This document shows positions 57,663-64,000 of a DNA stretch of 64,000 nucleotides, piece by piece; position 1 is the stretch's first letter, and each line of letters opens with the position of its first letter. Position numbers and translations under genes: made by a program. Under the pieces are notes generated by a model. The model did no database searches. It saw nothing but the letters and a program-made list of their open reading frames with translations, and was not told the origin of the DNA. Source of the stretch: Pseudobdellovibrionaceae bacterium (GTDB lineage: Bacteria > Bdellovibrionota > Bdellovibrionia > Bdellovibrionales > Bdellovibrionaceae); contig JBDHWW010000003.1 in NCBI GenBank assembly GCA_039810425.1, forward strand, positions 1-64,000, given 5' to 3'.

Positions 57663-59026
57663 AGTGTCTGCTGTTCCTGTCTATTCGCTTGAGTGATTTT
57701 GAAAAGAAGGTCAAGTACGCGCTCTTTCGTCGCAAACTCGAAGTCTTCAGGGACGCGTGTACCGATACCAAAGGAGTGCAATGGCACGTCAAAGCGCTTC
57801 ATAAAGTTATAGATAGTCCCGTGCTGTACGGACTCATCAAGGCCGGTAAAGATCACGTCATGGTAGTCTAGTACTGAGTAACGACGGCCGAGCTCCGTCA
57901 CGTCTTGGTCTTTCGCCAATGTCGACAGCACCAAGTGCACGCGGGCCTTTAAAGTCGCCGGCGGCATCAAGCGCTTCAAGTTCATGCCTTCTTCAGCATT
58001 GCGCAGGCTCAATCCCGGATAGTCGACAAGAATATAGTCCACGCTATTCATGTAATTCATAATGTGGTACCAGTCGCTGGCATTGCGGATCACACTGAAC
58101 GGCACATTCAGGATCTGCGCATAAATACGCATCTGATCCGCCGCCCCCACCTTAAAAGTATCAGCGGAAAGAATCGCTACTTTTTTGTTTTCGCGAACCA
58201 CCAAATGGCTTGCCATCTTCACAAGGGCCGTTGTCTTACCAGAACCTGCAGCACCGACAAAAATGTGCACCTTGGCCTGCTTGCTTTCTTCCGGCGTACA
58301 AACCTTTGTTGTTTCAAGAATCTTTCTTGCAACCCAGCCTTCAACCAAAGCGCGGTTTTTAAGTTTTAATGACGGAAGGTCCTTTTGGGCGTGACTGCAA
58401 ATATCAGCCGAAATTTCAGGTGCGACACCCGCAGTCACGAGCTTTTCAAACACGAAGCTCAAATCATAAGGTAAACCGAATTCTGAACCCGGATGGCCTT
58501 GCACAAAATTCTGTGGAATGTTTTGGAACTGAGCCAAAACCTGCTTCAAATTAGCGATCTCCGTTTTCAAAGATTGCATTTCCAGCGACTCTACTTGCTT
58601 TGCCGTGGGTGTTGGCATGATGGGCATGACCACCGGAGCCGCCATAGAACCATAGCGGTTATCCTGCTGCTTCTGAACCTGCTCTTCATCGATATCAATG
58701 TACCGTTGTGAAGTAATAGGGCGTGGCAATTTGCTTCTTTCAAGATGCTTGTTGACCATCTTTTCGATCAGCTCTTTCTGCTGGCGAGCCGTACTTTGGC
58801 TGAATTTCGTACGCTCTTGCTCACGCAAACGGCCTTCTGCGAAACGCTTTTTTTGCAAAGTCTCTTCCGAAACCGCCGCTGTGATTTCGACACTACCGTC
58901 ACCCACGAGGCCGTAGCTCTTGTTATTATCCCGTGCAGAAAGAATGATCGCATCGGGACCAAGCTCTGCTTTGACCATCTCGAGGGCTTCCTTCATCGTG
59001 CGGGCTTCAAATTTCTTAACCTGCAT
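57659..59026 (-). CDS. flhF: Flagellar SRP-family GTPase
   Basis: MQVKKFEA..ELGPDAIILS, GSGKTT, DTFKVGA, TGLDES, VPED. Confidence 0.95.
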   Translation of the reverse strand: MQVKKFEARTMKEALEMVKAELGPDAIILSARDNNKSYGLVGDGSVEITAAVSEETLQKKRFAEGRLREQERTKFSQSTARQQKELIEKMVNKHLERSKLPRPITSQRYIDIDEEQVQKQQDNRYGSMAAPVVMPIMPTPTAKQVESLEMQSLKTEIANLKQVLAQFQNIPQNFVQGHPGSEFGLPYDLSFVFEKLVTAGVAPEISADICSHAQKDLPSLKLKNRALVEGWVARKILETTKVCTPEESKQAKVHIFVGAAGSGKTTALVKMASHLVVRENKKVAILSADTFKVGAADQMRIYAQILNVPFSVIRNASDWYHIMNYMNSVDYILVDYPGLSLRNAEEGMNLKRLMPPATLKARVHLVLSTLAKDQDVTELGRRYSVLDYHDVIFTGLDESVQHGTIYNFMKRFDVPLHSFGIGTRVPEDFEFATKERVLDLLFKITQANRQEQQTL

Positions 59027-61115
59027 TGTTTAACTCCACCAAAGCGACGGATTGTACATTTGCGTCGGATGTTAATTCGTTGTGAGACAAAATCACCAGT
59101 TGCGGGATGAATCTGTGAGTCAGCTTAAATAGGTGCCGCCGTGAAGTCGGGCTTGTTAACAAGATCGGCTGACCCGCGATTTCGGGATGCGTTTCGACTG
59201 TGCGAGCAATCTCGCCGATCAAACGGTGCGCCGTATTTGGATCCATCACCAACTGAACGCCCTGTTCTGTTTGCAACAGGGAATTCGCAATCAACTCTTC
59301 AATCACCGGATGCAACGTCATGACCGGAATATTGCCAAGTTCTGTCGTATATTTCGCCGTGATCGAGCGGGCCAAAGCACGACGAACATTCTCAGTAAGA
59401 ACTTCAGTGTCTTTATTGCGAGGAGCTTCATCCGCCAGTGTTTCAAAGATGGTCAGTAAGTCACGAATAGAAACCTGCTCCTTGAGCAAGCCCTGCAATA
59501 CACGCACAACAGCCCCCAAAGACATTTGATCCGGAATAAGCTCTTCGACCACTTTCGGATGGGACTTCTTGAAGTTCTCCACAAGGCTTGAAGCTTCCTG
59601 ACGGCCAAGAAGTTCGTGGGCATGCGTACGTACGATCTCCGTTAAGTGAGTCGCCATGACTGTCGGCAAATCCACTACGGTATAGCCAGCCATTTCGGCC
59701 TCTTCCTTACGATTTGGTGAAACCCAAAGGGCATCCAAACCAAACGCGGGCTCTTTCGTGGCAATCCCCTCAATGCGCTCCACCACATTACCGGGATCCA
59801 TCGCAAGCATAAATTCAGGACGAAGAGTACCGCCACCGACTCGGTTGCCTTTAATAAGCACGCGGTATTCACCCGGAGCCAGCTGCAAGTTGTCACGGAT
59901 ATGAATACTTGGCACCACAATCCCCAGATCAAGAGCAAACTGTTTACGGATACTGACGATCCGCTCGAGCAAATCACCGCTCTTGTCAGATTCAACGATG
60001 TTGATAAGACCGTAGCCAACCTCGAGTTCGACAAGATCCAAAGGCAACATCGTTTCGATATTTTCTTTCTTTGGCGCAGAAGCTACCACTTCAGCCGCTT
60101 TTTTCTCGTTCTCTTCTTTTTCAGCTTTGTAACGCTTGATGACCCAAGAAACCGTTCCAAGAACAATCGCCATGAACAAGAACGGAACTGTGGGAAGGCC
60201 GGGCACCAAGGCCAGCAAGCCGATTACCGCAGCAGATATACCCACAGCGCGTGGGTTTACCAAAAGTTGCCCCGCGACCTCGGCACCCATGTTTTCATCA
60301 GTACTGGAACTTCGGGTCACGATCATACCGGCTGCAGTCGAGATAATTAACGCCGGGATCTGTGCCAAAAGACCATCGCCGATTGTGAGCATGGTGTAAT
60401 ACTTGGCCGCTGTTGAAATATCGAGGCCCTTTTGAATCACCCCAATCAAAAGTCCACCGATAATATTAATCAAAGTAATGATGATGCCGGCAATCGCATC
60501 ACCACGTACGAACTTCGAGGCGCCGTCCATCGCACCGTAGAAGTCGGCTTCTTGTTCAATCTCTTTACGGCGTTTACGAGCGTCCGCCTCTGTGATCAAA
60601 CCGGCATTTAAGTCGGCATCGATTGCCATTTGCTTGCCTGGCATCGCATCCAAGGTGAAACGCGCCGCAACCTCAGCGACGCGTCCAGAACCCTTGGTGA
60701 TGACAATGAAGTTAATCACGATCAAGATCATAAAGACGATGATACCGATCACGTAGTTATTACCAACAACGAAGTTGCCGAAGGCCTCGATCACGTCGCC
60801 GGCGGCATGCGTACCTTCATGACCGTGAGTCAGAATCAAACGGGTTGTCGCCACGTTCATCGACAAACGGAACAAAGTCGTCATCAAGAGCAATGACGGG
60901 AACGACGTAAAATCGAGAGCACGCTTTACGTAGATAGAAACCACCAGGATCAACAAGCTTAAAGACAAAGAAAAACTCAGGGTCAAGTCGAGCATCAAAG
61001 GAGGAAGCGGGATAATCATAACCGCCAGGATCGCTAACAACCCGAAGGCAATGAATAGATCCGTATTCTTGGTGAATTTCTCGAATCTCTTGATGAATTG
61101 AAACAACGGTTCCAT
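59016..61115 (-). CDS. flhA: Flagellar export gate protein FlhA
   Basis: RVAEVAARFTLDAMPGKQM, FYGAMDGASKFVRGD. Confidence 0.98.
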   Translation of the reverse strand: MEPLFQFIKRFEKFTKNTDLFIAFGLLAILAVMIIPLPPLMLDLTLSFSLSLSLLILVVSIYVKRALDFTSFPSLLLMTTLFRLSMNVATTRLILTHGHEGTHAAGDVIEAFGNFVVGNNYVIGIIVFMILIVINFIVITKGSGRVAEVAARFTLDAMPGKQMAIDADLNAGLITEADARKRRKEIEQEADFYGAMDGASKFVRGDAIAGIIITLINIIGGLLIGVIQKGLDISTAAKYYTMLTIGDGLLAQIPALIISTAAGMIVTRSSSTDENMGAEVAGQLLVNPRAVGISAAVIGLLALVPGLPTVPFLFMAIVLGTVSWVIKRYKAEKEENEKKAAEVVASAPKKENIETMLPLDLVELEVGYGLINIVESDKSGDLLERIVSIRKQFALDLGIVVPSIHIRDNLQLAPGEYRVLIKGNRVGGGTLRPEFMLAMDPGNVVERIEGIATKEPAFGLDALWVSPNRKEEAEMAGYTVVDLPTVMATHLTEIVRTHAHELLGRQEASSLVENFKKSHPKVVEELIPDQMSLGAVVRVLQGLLKEQVSIRDLLTIFETLADEAPRNKDTEVLTENVRRALARSITAKYTTELGNIPVMTLHPVIEELIANSLLQTEQGVQLVMDPNTAHRLIGEIARTVETHPEIAGQPILLTSPTSRRHLFKLTHRFIPQLVILSHNELTSDANVQSVALVELNNAG

Positions 61116-62179
61116 TATCTTCTCACCTTTTTACGTAACTTATAAACATACGAAAGAACTTCTGCGACCGCGACGAACAGCTCACGAGGAATCACCTGGC
61201 CGATTTTGAGGGTTTTATAAATTGTGCGCGCCAGCGGTTTATTCTCCACAATCGGAATATTGTGCTCGCGTGCGACTTCTTTAATTTTCTCGGCCATGAA
61301 ATCAGCACCTTTGGCCACGATTTGTGGCGCCGGCAAATTCGCATCGTATTTCAATACCACCGCGATATGAGTCGGATTCGTGATGACGACGTCGGCTTTA
61401 GGAATGGCGTCCATCATACGCTTACTCGCACGCTCCCGTTGCAAGCGGCGTACGCGGGCCTTGATCATCGGATCCCCTTCGCGGGACTTGGCTTCTTCTT
61501 TCACCTCTTGCTTGGTCATCATCATTTCGCGCTCAAGTTTCCAGCGCTGAAAAAAATAGTCCGCAGCGGAAAGAACCAGCAACATCATGCCGATACCACC
61601 AAGCAGGCGAACGACAATACCACCGATGTATTGAAGAATGCCTTCGAGGGAGTAACCGATCAGATAAGGAATCTTCACCACTTCTGAACGAAGCAAGAAG
61701 TACAGAACCATGCCAATAAAAAGTAATTTTAAAAACGACTTCAAGCCCTCAACCAGAGCCCGCATACTGAAGACGCGTTTAAACCCTTCAATCGGATTCA
61801 ACTTGTTGAAGTCCGGGCTCATCGCGTCTTCGACTTGCATGAAACCGACTTGGGCGATTGACGAGATAGCGCTGATCAAAGCGGCAACCGCCATCACCGG
61901 CGCAATCAACACAAACATCTTCTGCGCACTGAACGCCATTGCCTCCGTAAAGTTGCCCGAGCGGATTGTGGCCACAAGCTGTGGACCAAACGAGTAGTTG
62001 AAAACTTCAAAAATGTTTTGAAAAAAGAAGCGACTGAGGGCAAAAATGCCCCCCGCAAATGTCAACAATAGCAGGCAGGACGCCAACTCTTTTGTTTGCG
62101 CCACCTGGCCACGTCTGCGGAAGTCTTCCCTCCGCGCATCCGTCGCCTGTTCCGTCTTCTCTTCTTGATCCTCTGCCAC
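61115..62179 (-). CDS. flhB: Flagellar export protein FlhB
   Basis: EKTEQAT, EGDP, NPTH cleavage motif. Confidence 0.98.
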   Translation of the reverse strand: MAEDQEEKTEQATDARREDFRRRGQVAQTKELASCLLLLTFAGGIFALSRFFFQNIFEVFNYSFGPQLVATIRSGNFTEAMAFSAQKMFVLIAPVMAVAALISAISSIAQVGFMQVEDAMSPDFNKLNPIEGFKRVFSMRALVEGLKSFLKLLFIGMVLYFLLRSEVVKIPYLIGYSLEGILQYIGGIVVRLLGGIGMMLLVLSAADYFFQRWKLEREMMMTKQEVKEEAKSREGDPMIKARVRRLQRERASKRMMDAIPKADVVITNPTHIAVVLKYDANLPAPQIVAKGADFMAEKIKEVAREHNIPIVENKPLARTIYKTLKIGQVIPRELFVAVAEVLSYVYKLRKKVRR

Positions 62180-62193
62180 CTAAATGTTCCTTC

Positions 62194-62973
62194 CTAGAAC
62201 GCTAAGGCTTTCATTACCAACAACATTTTCGTCTGTGTTAAATCCAAAATCCCGTTCATCTCCATGACGAGTAATGGAATGCAGATGAACATCAAAACAA
62301 AACCCAACATCAAAGTTACCGGCATACTGGTTACTAAAACATTGATTTGGGGCACCGCCCTGCCCAAGACTCCCATAGCGATGTTTGTAATCAAAATCGC
62401 GCCGATAACCGGAGCGCACATTTTGATCGCCATGACCATCATGTCTTGGACAAAACCCGCCATCTCGGCAAACGGTCCCACCGAAAATTTTAATTGCGCC
62501 AATGGGATCAGTTCGTAACTTTGGGCGATTCCCATCACCAGCATGTGATGGCCATTCACCGCAAAAAAAATCAACGTCGCGATCGTGTTGTAAAAATGCT
62601 CCACCGTATTGCTGTTCTGACCCAGCATCGGATTAAAAATCTGTGCTTGGCCCAAACCGATCGAAACTGAGATCAGCTCTCCCATCATACCCACCGCGAA
62701 GAAAAACAAACGGGTTAAGAAGCCTAAACTCAAGCCAACGGCCACTTCCCGGGCTGACAGCAAAACCAGGTCCTCCGTCAAACGAGCCACTTCACCGGCA
62801 GAGATTTGAATCGAAGGCATTACGACCATCGAAAACACCACGGCCAAAAGGATTTTGATCGGAACGCTGATATTGCCCGAGCCAAAAACCACAGAAGAAA
62901 CCACGAAGGAAATCATCCTCAAAAAGATGAGCCCGAACATGATGACTTGTGCTTCCGACATTGCGTAGAACAA
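62194..62973 (-). CDS. fliR: Flagellar export protein FliR
   Basis: Hydrophobic; NGHH, GRAVPQINV. Confidence 0.95.
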   Translation of the reverse strand: MFYAMSEAQVIMFGLIFLRMISFVVSSVVFGSGNISVPIKILLAVVFSMVVMPSIQISAGEVARLTEDLVLLSAREVAVGLSLGFLTRLFFFAVGMMGELISVSIGLGQAQIFNPMLGQNSNTVEHFYNTIATLIFFAVNGHHMLVMGIAQSYELIPLAQLKFSVGPFAEMAGFVQDMMVMAIKMCAPVIGAILITNIAMGVLGRAVPQINVLVTSMPVTLMLGFVLMFICIPLLVMEMNGILDLTQTKMLLVMKALAF

Positions 62974-62984
62974 ATGCGTCCCCT

Positions 62985-63257
62985 TTATTCCCGTACAATC
63001 GTGGCAATATTCTCAAACAAACTGACTGTGTAATTGCTCATCACGTCCATCATCCAGGGACCGGCGAGCACAAATACCAACGCAACTACGATCATCTTTG
63101 GAATGAACGTCAGCGTTGATTCATTGATCTGAGTCAAAGCTTGGAAGATGCTCACGGCCAATCCGATGACCAGCGTGCTCAACAGCATAGGGGCCGCCAA
63201 CATTGCTGTCGTGCGAAGGGCGTCTTGCCCTAACTTGATAATAATCTCTTCAGTCAT
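62985..63257 (-). CDS. fliQ: Flagellar export protein FliQ
   Basis: SIFQALTQINESTLTFIPK..GPWM. Confidence 0.97.
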   Translation of the reverse strand: MTEEIIIKLGQDALRTTAMLAAPMLLSTLVIGLAVSIFQALTQINESTLTFIPKMIVVALVFVLAGPWMMDVMSNYTVSLFENIATIVRE

Positions 63258-63266
63258 CGTCCACTC

Positions 63267-63989
63267 CTACCCAAAACTCTTCACCATCGAACCGATGAGA
63301 AGGCCCCAGCCGTCAACCAAAACAAAGAGCATAATTTTAAATGGCAGTGAAATTACTACCGGCGGCAACATCATCATACCCATTGCCATTAAGACACTTG
63401 AAGCGACGATATCGATCACTAAGAACGGTAAGAAAATGATAAATCCAATCTGGAATGCCGTTTTTAGCTCAGACACAACGAAAGCGGGAACCAAAACGAT
63501 CGTAGGAACGTCCGCACGAGTTTTGGGTGCTTCGATTTTCGCTAACTTCACGAACAACGCCAGATCTTGGTCACGGGTCTGATGGAACATGAACTTCCGA
63601 AGTGGCGCCAATGAGTTTTCCAGAGCCGCGTCTTGGGAAATTTTTCCCGCCAAATACGGCTGCACACCTGTTTCATTAATCTCTTTAAAGGCCGGCCCCA
63701 TCACGAAAAAGGTCAGGAATAAAGACAAGCCCACCAACAGTTGGTTTGGCGGCATTTGCTGAATACCCATCGCTTGCCTTAAAAAGGACAAAACAATAAT
63801 GATACGAGTAAAGCCCGTCATCAGAATCAAGATCGCCGGCGCTAAAGTCAGCACCGTCATGATCAGAACCAATTTAATGGCGTTGACCACTTCATTTGGG
63901 TTGTCCGTTGTTTTAAAACCCAAATTCACTGTTGGCAAAGTCACTTGTTGTGCCATCGCCCAGGAGCCGAAAAGAACGATACCCGCCAT
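63267..63989 (-). CDS. fliP: Flagellar export protein FliP (true start may lie beyond the window end)
   Basis: [36 protein letters not shown]. Confidence 0.97.
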   Translation of the reverse strand: MAGIVLFGSWAMAQQVTLPTVNLGFKTTDNPNEVVNAIKLVLIMTVLTLAPAILILMTGFTRIIIVLSFLRQAMGIQQMPPNQLLVGLSLFLTFFVMGPAFKEINETGVQPYLAGKISQDAALENSLAPLRKFMFHQTRDQDLALFVKLAKIEAPKTRADVPTIVLVPAFVVSELKTAFQIGFIIFLPFLVIDIVASSVLMAMGMMMLPPVVISLPFKIMLFVLVDGWGLLIGSMVKSFG

Positions 63990-64000
63990 CAGTAAGAGTT

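Noticed and set aside
262..63582. Many antisense or overlapping ORFs in the track (e.g. 262-750, 7929-8555, 11893-12489, 32889-33614, 54822-55433)
   Set aside because: Shadows of well-supported genes, without motifs or SD sites

Overview
Chromosomal segment of a flagellated Gram-negative bacterium, most likely Bdellovibrionota. That placement is inferred from protein style, an FQNC-type lipoprotein, Flp/Tad genes and the fliP-fliA block. Core genes include lplA, smpB, rsmA, tsaD, cpoB, pal, folD, aspS, an RpoH-like sigma factor and fliP-fliQ-fliR-flhB-flhA-flhF-flhG-fliA. Other content: a MarR-EmrAB-TolC efflux operon, a PilZ protein, several GT-C/Wzy-type membrane proteins, a metallopeptidase-Omp85 protein and a split Tad locus. 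No rRNA, tRNA, CRISPR array, integrase or transposase was recognised. The most unusual element is a ~2.8 kb islet between smpB and rsmA. In it a MerR/Mur-ligase-like fusion gene sits between two perfect 33-bp direct repeats, and the repeat is a near-copy (reverse strand) of a palindrome inside the adjacent DUF222-like HNH nuclease gene. Also notable: three small ORFs missing from the ORF track (two linked to sigma28-type promoter elements around the PilZ gene, one heading a structured stand-alone RNA), a secreted G/M/Y-repeat protein and a beta-repeat lipoprotein gene broken by one in-frame TAG. All calls come from reading the sequence; no searches were run.
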